This document shows, in pieces, positions 29,063 to 37,523 of a stretch of 64,000 bases of DNA. Numbering within the stretch: position 1 is the stretch's first letter; each line of letters starts with the position of its first letter. The stretch is from Nitrospinota bacterium. Its GTDB lineage: Bacteria; Nitrospinota_A; UBA7883; JACRLM01. The translations under genes were made by a program, and so were the position numbers. Under the pieces are notes generated by a model. That model ran no database searches. It saw nothing but the letters and a program-made list of their open reading frames with translations, and was not told the DNA's origin. The stretch spans positions 2,013,941 to 2,077,940 of the forward strand of contig JACQXA010000004.1 of assembly GCA_016208975.1 (NCBI GenBank), written 5' to 3'.

Positions 29063-29166
29063 AGGCCTTAAGTTAGCCGAAGAAGCCACTTCCAGAGTTT
29101 ATATCCCTCTGGCTACAGAGGCCCGCAAGAGGATGAGGCGTCCGTCTTACGGAGTGCCGGCTTGCC
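29023..29166 (-). ncRNA. Candidate sigma54-dependent small RNA (~144 nt)
   Basis: Bounded by a -24/-12 promoter and a strong intrinsic terminator; several hairpins; no credible ORF. Confidence 0.65.
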
Positions 29167-29176
29167 ATACAAAATT

Positions 29177-29192
29177 AGCATAAGCCGTGCCA
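29177..29192 (-). promoter_or_regulatory. sigma54 (-24/-12) promoter
   Basis: TGGCACGGCTTATGCT = GG-N10-GC; palindrome GCCACG-AAAA-CGTGGC upstream at ~29347-29362. Confidence 0.7.
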
Positions 29193-29439
29193 ATGTTGAT
29201 TCTTGCTATGATTGCCAATAAAAACAATGAGATAAGAAAAAATGCTATTCTCCTTTTCTTGGACAAATGTCTAGATAGAGTGCGGTGAATTTATTCAATC
29301 AACTTTGGTCTTTTGTAACCAACTGAATAATAATGGGTTTGTATATGCCACGAAAACGTGGCGCCACTGCCCGGTGCGGTGAAATCGTGGCGCCAATTGG
29401 ACTGAAAATCTTAAACATCAACTTTCCGGGCTTAATGTT

Positions 29440-29468
29440 TTGCCCTAACCCTTGGAATTTGATAAAAT
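29440..29468 (+). promoter_or_regulatory. sigma70 promoter for tRNA-Thr
   Basis: TTGCCC-17 nt-TAAAAT with TG extension. Confidence 0.5.
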
Positions 29469-29490
29469 TCAACCCTGTTTTTCCCGCGCC

Positions 29491-29565
29491 GCCGGTGTAG
29501 CTCAGTGGTAGAGCAGCTGATTCGTAATCAGCAGGCCGTGAGTTCAATCCTCACCACCGGCTCCA
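29491..29565 (+). tRNA. tRNA-Thr(CGT)
   Basis: Acceptor stem GCCGGTG/CACCGGC, anticodon arm GCTGA-TTCGTAA-TCAGC, encoded CCA. Confidence 0.95.
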
Positions 29566-29686
29566 GTTTTTCAATTGGTTAATAGTTTATATCAATTGGA
29601 TCTATGTCTGCTCTCTACGCAATCTTGTCCCAGTTATTATTTAGATTCACCCGCCAACGGATTATTCTCACATAGGCTAGGCCATA

Positions 29687-29998
29687 TTGCCAAAGCAACC
29701 AAAACATCCTGTGCAAGTAGCTGGAGCTACCCAGCGGAAAAAAGCCTGGTTGTGCTACATCCTGCGATGTTCGGATGGCACGCTTTACACTGGCGTCACC
29801 AACGATATTGATAAACGCCTTGTGGCCCATAACTCGGGAACGGCGGCCAAATACACCCGGTCACGCGGGCCTGTGGAGCTACTACTTGTGGAGGCCTGCC
29901 ACGATAAGTCCGCCGCGTTGAAACGTGAAAGGGAGATTAAAGCGTTTTCGCGGGCGGAGAAGCTGGCGCTGATAGAGGCAAATCAGGGGGCTGTATAA
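29687..29998 (+). CDS. Stand-alone GIY-YIG nuclease (YhbQ/YazA-like)
   Basis: YILRCSDGTLYTGVTND..RL..HN.G..AKYTR, ALKRE..IK. Confidence 0.85.
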   Translation: MPKQPKHPVQVAGATQRKKAWLCYILRCSDGTLYTGVTNDIDKRLVAHNSGTAAKYTRSRGPVELLLVEACHDKSAALKREREIKAFSRAEKLALIEANQGAV

Positions 29999-30044
29999 CA
30001 CCTGTATTACATACTGGAGCCGCAAAATATGCATTCAGGTGAAT

Positions 30045-30539
30045 TCACTCCATCCCTTGTTTTGCCTGAAGTATTCGCACATAGGCCACAATATCCCACG
30101 CCTGGGCGTCTTCCAGCTCGTTGCGGTATTGAGGCATGGTAAGGTCGCTGGCCAGGATTTTCACGAAAATATCCCCATCGGTCAGGGTCATGGACCTGTC
30201 ATTGGTAAGATCAGCCGGTTTGGTATCCATTTTCTTGGCGATCCTGGTATCCGCCTCTCCCGCAGGGCCGTGGCAAGGAACGCAGTATATGGCGAAAAGG
30301 CGCTTTCCCCGCCCGGCGGCGGTTTGATCCAGAGGAAACGGCGGATGCAACCTGGCCGGGTCCGCGGCGGAGTAATCAACTTTGCGTCTGGAGCCTAAAA
30401 CCGGCACGGCGCCGTCCGGCGGAATGATATTGGGGGATTTCTGGATTTTCACATAAATCTGCTCATGCAGGTTTTTATCCACATTTTCACAGCCCGCAAA
30501 CAGGGCCAGCGCCAGCATGACGAAGGCGGATTTCCTCAA
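30045..30539 (-). CDS. actE: Monoheme cytochrome c lipoprotein, ACIII subunit E-like
   Basis: Lipobox LFAGC, PPDGAVP, CVPCH, distal Met (TMP). Confidence 0.75.
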   Translation of the reverse strand: MRKSAFVMLALALFAGCENVDKNLHEQIYVKIQKSPNIIPPDGAVPVLGSRRKVDYSAADPARLHPPFPLDQTAAGRGKRLFAIYCVPCHGPAGEADTRIAKKMDTKPADLTNDRSMTLTDGDIFVKILASDLTMPQYRNELEDAQAWDIVAYVRILQAKQGME

Positions 30540-31054
30540 AAGTCATCCCTCCCTCTTTTTGTTTTCACCGCGCCCAGGTCTTCCATGATTTTCTCCACCT
30601 TGTCCGCCACAGCCTCGCTTTCGCAATTTACCAGTATCCCTATCATGCTAAGGCTTATCGTCTCGTCGTAGGCCAGCTTGTTCCAGTCCGGCAGGCCCGC
30701 ATACCACAGCATGCCAAAAAATGTTCCCAGCACAGCGCCAAGCAACGAAAACTCATAACATGCGATAGCCACCGGGGGTATCGCCACAATACTTTTTCCG
30801 CTGACGTTGAGGTTCATGGCCGCCTGGGTTCCTCCGGCCACGGTTATGGCGAGCATGAAACCCAGCACACCGCCAGCCAAAGCGAAAAGCCACATGGGCA
30901 TGCGGGTCTTGTCGTGGTACAGGGCTCCATCAGGGTAAGGCGCCACGGAGAGGAGCCTTATGTCGTCATGGGGCGTCGAAATGGCTTCCAGAGGCTTCAT
31001 TATTCTGGCGGTGTCTTCCACGTTATCGAACAATCCAAGCACCGTGAAGCTCAT
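30536..31054 (-). CDS. actD: ACIII subunit D (DUF3341)
   Basis: VLGLFD, APYP, two TM helices, YEFSLL; ATGA overlap with actC (true start 31054). Confidence 0.8.
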   Translation of the reverse strand: MSFTVLGLFDNVEDTARIMKPLEAISTPHDDIRLLSVAPYPDGALYHDKTRMPMWLFALAGGVLGFMLAITVAGGTQAAMNLNVSGKSIVAIPPVAIACYEFSLLGAVLGTFFGMLWYAGLPDWNKLAYDETISLSMIGILVNCESEAVADKVEKIMEDLGAVKTKRGRDDF

Positions 31055-32520
31055 GACTGCTCCTCCGCGTCGGCGTGGACGCGCACGTAGGTGTTGCCTA
31101 TCCTCAGGTCGCCGCTGATAAATTTTCCTTCCCTGATGTCCGCCACGGTGACAACGGGCAGAAGCTTGGAGAACACCGCGTACAACAGGAAGAAAAAGGC
31201 GAAAGACCCCGCCACTATGGATTTTTCCACTATGCTGGGCAGATAGTCCGTCCACATGTACGGGTTGTCCCGGTGGGTGAGGACAGGTACCAATATCAGG
31301 TAGCGTTCGATGTACATCCCCACGTTGATTAGCATTGTGATGATAAACAGCCAAAGTGGGCTGTTGCGCACCCTGTTGAAGGAAAGGGCGGCTATGGCGA
31401 CGGCAGTGCCCCCCAGCATGATTACCATAAGATGCGGGAACCGTTCCCACTGGTATTCCCATATGCGCCATTCGGCAGGCTTGTGGCCGTACCAGGTGGT
31501 TATAAACTCCACGAAATAGAAATAGCTCCAGATGATGGCCATGGCCAGCTCCAACTTGGCCAGGTTGCGAATATGCACAAGCCGGATTATTTCATCCAGC
31601 TTGAAAATCCACCGGAACAGTATCATCAGGGCTATCACCCCGGCCACGCCGGAATAAATTGCCCCCACCACGAAATAGGGGCCGAAGATGGTTGTGTGCC
31701 ACCCGGGGGTTATGCTCATGGCGAAATCCCAGGAGACGATTGTATGCACCGACGGGGCTATGAGCAGTATGAACACCGCCAGCAGGGTGGAGGCCCTCTC
31801 GTGGGCCATCCATTGCCGGTGGGAGCCTCTCCAGCCCAGCGCCAGCACGGTGAGATACTTCTTTCTCCAGTCGAATTGCGGGCACATGTCGCGCGCCAGG
31901 GCTATGTCCGGCAGAAGCCCCACATACAGGAATGTTACGGAGGAAACCAGATACACCGATATGGCCATCATGTCCCACACCAGCGGGCTTTTGAAATTGG
32001 GCCAAAGCTCACGCTGGCTGAATAACGGGAACATGTAATAAGCCCGCCACACCCTGCCCATGTGTATCAGCGGGAACAGCGCGGCCACCATAAGGGCGAA
32101 CACCGTCATGGCCTCCGCCCCGCGCAGGATAGGCCTTCGCCAGTGGGCCCGGGTTAGCCGTAGCAGGCTGGATACTATAGTGCCCGAATGGCTCAGCCCC
32201 ACCCAGAACACGAACGAGGCGATATAAATGCCCCAGAATATGGGGTGCCGCAGGCCCGTCACCCCCATGCCCTTTACAATCTGGTAACCCCAAAGCGCAA
32301 TAGCCCAGGCCACCACCATACCGGCGGCGATGGTGAATATGAAATAGGCCCTGGTGGTGAAGAACATGGGGCTCAGGGAATATTGGTTGAGCCACCCCTC
32401 TGGCATGTTCAGGTCTATGTCGGCCCCGGCTTGTATGTTTTTCCGGGCCGCCAGTTCCCTCAGCTCCTCAAAGCTGGGGAGCTTGCCGCAGTTGTCTTTT
32501 TCATCCATGGGGATGGGCAT
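31051..32520 (-). CDS. actC: NrfD/PsrC-family membrane subunit, ACIII subunit C
   Basis: FVFWVGLSHSGT, RGAEAMT, HMGRVW, NFKSPLVWD, SVHTIVSWDFA, GWHTTIF. Confidence 0.9.
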   Translation of the reverse strand: MPIPMDEKDNCGKLPSFEELRELAARKNIQAGADIDLNMPEGWLNQYSLSPMFFTTRAYFIFTIAAGMVVAWAIALWGYQIVKGMGVTGLRHPIFWGIYIASFVFWVGLSHSGTIVSSLLRLTRAHWRRPILRGAEAMTVFALMVAALFPLIHMGRVWRAYYMFPLFSQRELWPNFKSPLVWDMMAISVYLVSSVTFLYVGLLPDIALARDMCPQFDWRKKYLTVLALGWRGSHRQWMAHERASTLLAVFILLIAPSVHTIVSWDFAMSITPGWHTTIFGPYFVVGAIYSGVAGVIALMILFRWIFKLDEIIRLVHIRNLAKLELAMAIIWSYFYFVEFITTWYGHKPAEWRIWEYQWERFPHLMVIMLGGTAVAIAALSFNRVRNSPLWLFIITMLINVGMYIERYLILVPVLTHRDNPYMWTDYLPSIVEKSIVAGSFAFFFLLYAVFSKLLPVVTVADIREGKFISGDLRIGNTYVRVHADAEEQS

Positions 32521-32521
32521 G

Positions 32522-33241
32522 TTACGCGCCTCCCTTCAAGTAGATCACAGACGGTTCCGTGCCCAGGTCTTCAAACAGGCGGAACCGGCGCTTGCTGGCG
32601 GCAAGGGCCGCCACGCGGCTTTTAGGGTCGTTCAAATCCCCGAACACGATGGCGTTGGTGGGGCAGGTTTGGGCGCAGGCGGGCGTTACCTCGCCATCCA
32701 TCACGCTACGTCCCTCATCCTTGGCGTGGTCTTTGCCACGTCGTATTCTCTGCATGCAGAAGGTGCATTTTTCCATAATACCCCGCTGGCGCACGGTGAC
32801 ATCCGGGTTCAACTGCTGTTCCAGCGGTTGTTCAAGCTTGTAATCGAACCAGTTGAACTTCCTCACGCCGTATGGGCAGTTGTTGCCGCAGAACCTGACG
32901 CCTATACACCGGTTGTAAACCTGCGCGTTGAGCCCTTCCGGGTTATGATACGTGGCGAACACGGGGCATACAGATTCGCACGGGGCGTTGGCGCAATGCT
33001 GGCAGGGCATGGGGAGGAACACCACCCGCAGGTTGGGCCATTCCCCCTCGAAATACCGTTCCACCCTCAGCCATGCCATGGTCCGTTTTTGCCGGGCCAC
33101 ATCCTCCCCCACCACGGGCACGTTATTTTCCGCCTGGCAGGCCATTACGCAGGCGCCGCACCCGTTGCACCGGTCCAGGTCTATCACCATCCCCCATTTG
33201 TGGGAGTTGTCGTGGCTATAGTTGAAAGACTCTACCCTCAT
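32522..33241 (-). CDS. actB2: Fe-S subunit (NrfC/DmsB-like), ACIII B2
   Basis: IDLDRCNGCGAC..C, CQHC...C..VCP, CIGVRFC..NCPY, KCTFC...C...CP. Confidence 0.9.
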   Translation of the reverse strand: MRVESFNYSHDNSHKWGMVIDLDRCNGCGACVMACQAENNVPVVGEDVARQKRTMAWLRVERYFEGEWPNLRVVFLPMPCQHCANAPCESVCPVFATYHNPEGLNAQVYNRCIGVRFCGNNCPYGVRKFNWFDYKLEQPLEQQLNPDVTVRQRGIMEKCTFCMQRIRRGKDHAKDEGRSVMDGEVTPACAQTCPTNAIVFGDLNDPKSRVAALAASKRRFRLFEDLGTEPSVIYLKGGA

Positions 33242-35378
33242 AATCACCTCTCGGGTTGCCCGCCATCACAAACTCGGTTTTCCTTCCGGTTTTCGTTATC
33301 TTCGCCATGACGCCCCGCCAATTTGTGTCTTCAATGAGTTTCATCGCATTGGCTCCCCTGCCGCTGGCGTGTTTGCCGAATGATTCATGACCGTATCCGA
33401 ATGGAATGGCCAGCGTGTCCGGCCCCACGCCGGGGTAAAGATAGGCCGGAACCTCCAGCGCGCCGTGGGGAGTTTCTATCTTTAGAATGTCTCCGTTGGA
33501 AACGCCAAGCTCCACGGCGGTTTTGGGGTTTATCTCCACCCAATGGCCCCAGCTTATTGTGCTCATGGGTTCCGGCATTTCCTGGAGCCATTGCATGTTC
33601 GCGGCCCCCCCGGCTCCAATGGGCATGGTTTGATATGGATGCAAATGGAAAGTATGGCCGGGTTTTGCTGAAAAAACCGGAGCCTCTATCGCAATGGGGC
33701 CGCTGTTCCGTGGCGTATGGGCCTGGGCTTGCGCATGGCTATTCACCTCCGGCCACCAGCCGCCCCTTTGAAGCAGATATTCCCAGGCTTCTTTCGCAGT
33801 AAGGGTTGATGGCGCTCCAGACCATTCATGGCGTAGCTTCTCCACGATCTTCATGACCATAGCCTCCTGGCTTTCCACCTCCACCGGCAGACCGGCCATT
33901 GCGGCGGCCCTGAGCAATGTGTCGCCGGGTTGGGCCGTTGAATAAAGCGGCCTCACCACCGGTTGCCGGGCGTTGAACACCGGAATTCCGCTTGGGGATA
34001 TGGTTACCTGGGCCGACCATGATTCAAGGAAATGGTTGGAGGGCAGTACGATGTCCGCATGGCGGGTGGTGTCGTTCAGAAAACATCCGAAAACGGCCAC
34101 GAACCCTGTTTTTTCCAGCGCTCCGGAACAATTCATGCCTCCAGGCAGGTTATGGGCCGGGTTGGTGTTTAATATCATTCCCAGCGACATCTCACCCCGG
34201 GCGGCTTTGGCGATGATTTCTTTCGTCGCGGAATAATCCGTGGCATTAGAGGGAACAGCCGCGAATTCCCTCATCTTACGGTAGATGGGCGGCTCTTCCC
34301 GCCACAGGCGCCGCGCGCCGGATAGATGACTCAAAATGCTGTTTAAGAAATCCACGGCTTCAAGCCCCTGCGTTCCGTTGGAGTGGGCCGTTACGTCGTC
34401 CCCCGCGATGGCGATGGCCGGGGCGTGATTGAAAAGCTGTGACGCTATTTCCAAAATCGTTTCGGTGGGGACGCCGCTTTTTTCCGAAGCGGATTCCACC
34501 GTTAATCCATCGAGCCGTTTCATCCATGAAAGCATGGTTGAATCTGTGGCGGCGTTTTCGTTTTGCGCCAGATGTATAAGCCTTGCGGCGATACCCAGGG
34601 CAAGCGTTCCTAACGAACCGTGTTTCGCGCTCACGAACCGGTCCGCCGAGGCGGCGGTCATGGATAACCGCGGCCCGGCGTATATCATCATCCCTCTTCT
34701 GGTGGGGTCGCCCCGGCGAAGCTGGCCATAAGCGTGGCCGAAATGCACTTGCGAGAAACCGTTTTCAAAAATATCCGCCCCAAGCAGAAGCGCGCAGGCG
34801 GCTTTGGATAGATCGAAATAAACAGGCGGGCCGTCCGCTGAAATTAGCTTGCCGCCAAGCACGGGAACCGCAAAATCATGCGAACCCAACTGTTGCAGAA
34901 CCCGCGTGGCTATCATAGCCACCACGTCCGAATGGTCATCGGCCATCACGAAGGAGCCTTTTCCCCTTGCCTTTTCCATGTTTTCCGCCAGCAACCCCAG
35001 CGCCTCATCCCATGAGATAGGCGTGAAGATGTTGGAGCCTTTGGCGCCATCGCGTTTCAACGGGGTCTTTATTCGCTCAGGGTGGTACAGTTGCCAGACC
35101 GCCGCCTGGCCCATGGCGCAAACGCCGCCGTGGTTCACCGGGTGGGATGGATTGCCCTCGATTTTTTTCGCGCGGCCCGACACTGTGCGGACCATGATTC
35201 CGCAACCGGAGCCGCACATCCCGCACACGGTGTAATAGTATTCCCCCTCGACGGGGTTTATCCCTTCATCCGGCGGTGTTACGTAGGGGATGATGGATTG
35301 CGCCATCTGCCCGCACCCGCCGGTTATTCCCGCGGTGGCGATGGCCCCACCGATTTTCAGGAACGAACGTCTGTCCAT
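33216..35378 (-). CDS. actB1: Molybdopterin-oxidoreductase-fold subunit, ACIII B1 / QrcB-like
   Basis: Tat signal RRSFLK plus lipobox, CGMCGSGC...C, KIEGNPSHP, WLQEMPEP, WVEINP. Confidence 0.8.
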   Translation of the reverse strand: MDRRSFLKIGGAIATAGITGGCGQMAQSIIPYVTPPDEGINPVEGEYYYTVCGMCGSGCGIMVRTVSGRAKKIEGNPSHPVNHGGVCAMGQAAVWQLYHPERIKTPLKRDGAKGSNIFTPISWDEALGLLAENMEKARGKGSFVMADDHSDVVAMIATRVLQQLGSHDFAVPVLGGKLISADGPPVYFDLSKAACALLLGADIFENGFSQVHFGHAYGQLRRGDPTRRGMMIYAGPRLSMTAASADRFVSAKHGSLGTLALGIAARLIHLAQNENAATDSTMLSWMKRLDGLTVESASEKSGVPTETILEIASQLFNHAPAIAIAGDDVTAHSNGTQGLEAVDFLNSILSHLSGARRLWREEPPIYRKMREFAAVPSNATDYSATKEIIAKAARGEMSLGMILNTNPAHNLPGGMNCSGALEKTGFVAVFGCFLNDTTRHADIVLPSNHFLESWSAQVTISPSGIPVFNARQPVVRPLYSTAQPGDTLLRAAAMAGLPVEVESQEAMVMKIVEKLRHEWSGAPSTLTAKEAWEYLLQRGGWWPEVNSHAQAQAHTPRNSGPIAIEAPVFSAKPGHTFHLHPYQTMPIGAGGAANMQWLQEMPEPMSTISWGHWVEINPKTAVELGVSNGDILKIETPHGALEVPAYLYPGVGPDTLAIPFGYGHESFGKHASGRGANAMKLIEDTNWRGVMAKITKTGRKTEFVMAGNPRGDYEGRVFQL

Positions 35379-35390
35379 AAATTCCTCATG

Positions 35391-35957
35391 TCAGGTGTGG
35401 CATGTCCAGCAATCGGTGGGGGCGTTTTTCCCCTGATGGCAATCCAGGCAGAACCCCATCTGGTGGGTTACGGCCTTGTAAGTGACCTCCATGGTCTCAA
35501 CGGGGCCGTGGCACACGGCGCACTTTATATCTTTTGCGATATGCCGCTTGTGGTTGAACCATACGTGGTCTGGGAGTTTATATATCCTTATCCATTGGCC
35601 CGAGTCTTTGCTCTCGGCGAGGGTTTTGAGTTTTCGGACGGGCTCTTTTTTGATGGTCAGGTTTACATGGCAATTCATGCACTTGGTGAGTGGCGGAACC
35701 CCCGCGAATTCCGCCTTGGCGGCGTAGATGTGGCAATACTGGCAATCTATCTCCAGATCGCCGGCGTGAAGCTTGTGGGAAAACCGGATGGGTTGTTCGG
35801 GAGGGGAAAAAGAAGGGGGATAAACCGGCGCGTGGTATATAAAGCCCATAACCGCCGCCACGGCGAGCGCCCCGGCGAGGCCAGCTCCGGCAAGCCCACG
35901 GGCTATGGCGGACCTGGGCCTAAAACGGTAAAGAAACGCCCGGCGCCCCATGCTCAA
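35391..35957 (-). CDS. actA: Pentaheme cytochrome c, ACIII subunit A
   Basis: Five CxxCH motifs, PEQPIRFSHKLHAG, LPDHVWFNH, N-terminal TM helix. Confidence 0.9.
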   Translation of the reverse strand: MSMGRRAFLYRFRPRSAIARGLAGAGLAGALAVAAVMGFIYHAPVYPPSFSPPEQPIRFSHKLHAGDLEIDCQYCHIYAAKAEFAGVPPLTKCMNCHVNLTIKKEPVRKLKTLAESKDSGQWIRIYKLPDHVWFNHKRHIAKDIKCAVCHGPVETMEVTYKAVTHQMGFCLDCHQGKNAPTDCWTCHT

Positions 35958-36123
35958 TCTCCCTCAAACAGCGTTACACCGCGAGAGCAAGCGCACATTT
36001 ACGAAAATAGTATTAAATGTATATCAATGCAAGCTTCTTCTTGCGCCGCTACAATGGATGGGCTTTGCGGCTTGCAAAGGAGCGTGGCCTACTCTATGAT
36101 TTTTTTAGTTACCAGGGGGATGT

Positions 36124-36624
36124 ATGAAAACCATCAAGCTATTCGCGTTTCTGGCCCTGGCCTTCATATCCATGCTTTTCCCGGCCATCTCCGGCGCCGC
36201 GTCCAAAGTGGTGGCTGTCACCGTTAAAAAAACATCCATCCGGGCGGATAAACAGTTTTTTGCGCCCACCGTGGCGGAAGCGGTTTACAAGGACCGGCTG
36301 GAAGTTCTGGAGGAAAGCGGCGGATGGATAAAGGTCGCTTTCTCCGGCAAGAACGGTTGGATACATAAATCCGCCGTGGGGATGGAGGTTAAGGACAAAG
36401 GCCCCTCTCTTTTCGGCGGGGATGACGCCTCCAAGGTTTCCCAGGAAGAGGTGGCCCTGGCCGGTAAGGGATTCAACTCCCAGGTGGAGAGCGAGTATAA
36501 GAAAAAGAACCCATCGCTGGATTTCGCCGCCGTGGACAGGATGGAGAAGATAACGGTGGAGGATTCCAAAGTTGCCGCCTTCGTGAAGGATGGCAAACTC
36601 GCTTCCAGGGAGACGGGCAAATGA
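36124..36624 (+). CDS. Secreted SH3b-domain protein
   Basis: Signal peptide; LEVLEESGGWIKV...GWIH SH3b pattern. Confidence 0.75.
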   Translation: MKTIKLFAFLALAFISMLFPAISGAASKVVAVTVKKTSIRADKQFFAPTVAEAVYKDRLEVLEESGGWIKVAFSGKNGWIHKSAVGMEVKDKGPSLFGGDDASKVSQEEVALAGKGFNSQVESEYKKKNPSLDFAAVDRMEKITVEDSKVAAFVKDGKLASRETGK

Positions 36625-37523
36625 AAAAATTTAATTTGCGCCCGCTAGCAGGCATTTTCGCTGTTGGATTGGCCCTGTTATTGGCAGGCCCGGCGGATTC
36701 CCAGGACTGGGGAAGCATCATTATGAAAGGGCTGGAGAAGAAAGACGCCATAATCAAGACCGCCACGGCCCTTCGCAAAGGTTTCTCCGAGCTTACGGAG
36801 GAGGAGGAATATTACATTGGCCGGTCGGTGGCGGCGAAAATCCTTAGCCAGTACAAACCGGTGGATGACAAGAGACGGACGGGTTACATAAACACCCTTG
36901 GGCAAACGCTGGCGCGGTTCTCCACCCAGCCGGAAACTTTCGGCGGCTACCATTTCATGCTGATAAATAGCGGCGAGATAAACGCTTTTGCGGCGCCGGG
37001 CGGGTTCATTTTCATCACCACGGGGCTTTATTCGCGGGTGAAGTCCGAGGAACAGCTGGCGGCGGTGCTGGCGCATGAAATTAGTCATGTGACGCTCAAA
37101 CACGGGTTGTCGGCCATTAAATCCTCTCGCCTCACCGAGGCGTTCACCATAATCGGGACCGAGGCGGTGAAAGAATATTCCTCGGCGGAGGTGGCCCAGC
37201 TTACCGCCGCGTTCGAGGGGACCATAGATGACATCGTGAACAAGATGGTGGTGAACGGATATTCCCGCTCGCAGGAGTTTGAGGCCGATGAGGAGGCGTT
37301 GAAAACAACATGGAAGGCTGGCTACAACCCGGCGGGGCTGGCGCAGTTTCTTGCTACGCTGGCCGAAGAGGCCAAGGGAGCCGGGGAAACGGGATTTTAC
37401 AAGACGCATCCGCCCGCCGCGGACAGGCTGGCCAGTTGCGAGAAGCTTATAAAGAAAAACAAATACGAAGCGGTAGACGAGCCTGCGCGGGAGCAAAGGT
37501 TCAAGGCGTTTGCGGCTAAATGA
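36621..37523 (+). CDS. M48-family zinc metallopeptidase
   Basis: INAFAAPGG, LAHEISH, YSRSQEFEAD, THP. Confidence 0.9.
   Translation: MKKFNLRPLAGIFAVGLALLLAGPADSQDWGSIIMKGLEKKDAIIKTATALRKGFSELTEEEEYYIGRSVAAKILSQYKPVDDKRRTGYINTLGQTLARFSTQPETFGGYHFMLINSGEINAFAAPGGFIFITTGLYSRVKSEEQLAAVLAHEISHVTLKHGLSAIKSSRLTEAFTIIGTEAVKEYSSAEVAQLTAAFEGTIDDIVNKMVVNGYSRSQEFEADEEALKTTWKAGYNPAGLAQFLATLAEEAKGAGETGFYKTHPPAADRLASCEKLIKKNKYEAVDEPAREQRFKAFAAK

Noticed and set aside
29073..29168. 31-codon ORF inside the candidate sRNA
   Set aside because: Its ATG lies at or just upstream of the predicted start site and has no RBS
29299..29547. 82-aa minus-strand ORF
   Set aside because: Antisense to tRNA-Thr and its promoter
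31055..31471. N-terminal extension of the 311-aa ActD ORF
   Set aside because: Overlaps actC out of frame; the ATGA-coupled start at 31054 fits better
33216..35378. Catalytic nitrate/polysulfide/DMSO reductase or NXR
   Set aside because: Context with pentaheme ActA, ActC, ActD and ActE indicates ACIII/Qrc; no catalytic assignment is supportable by eye
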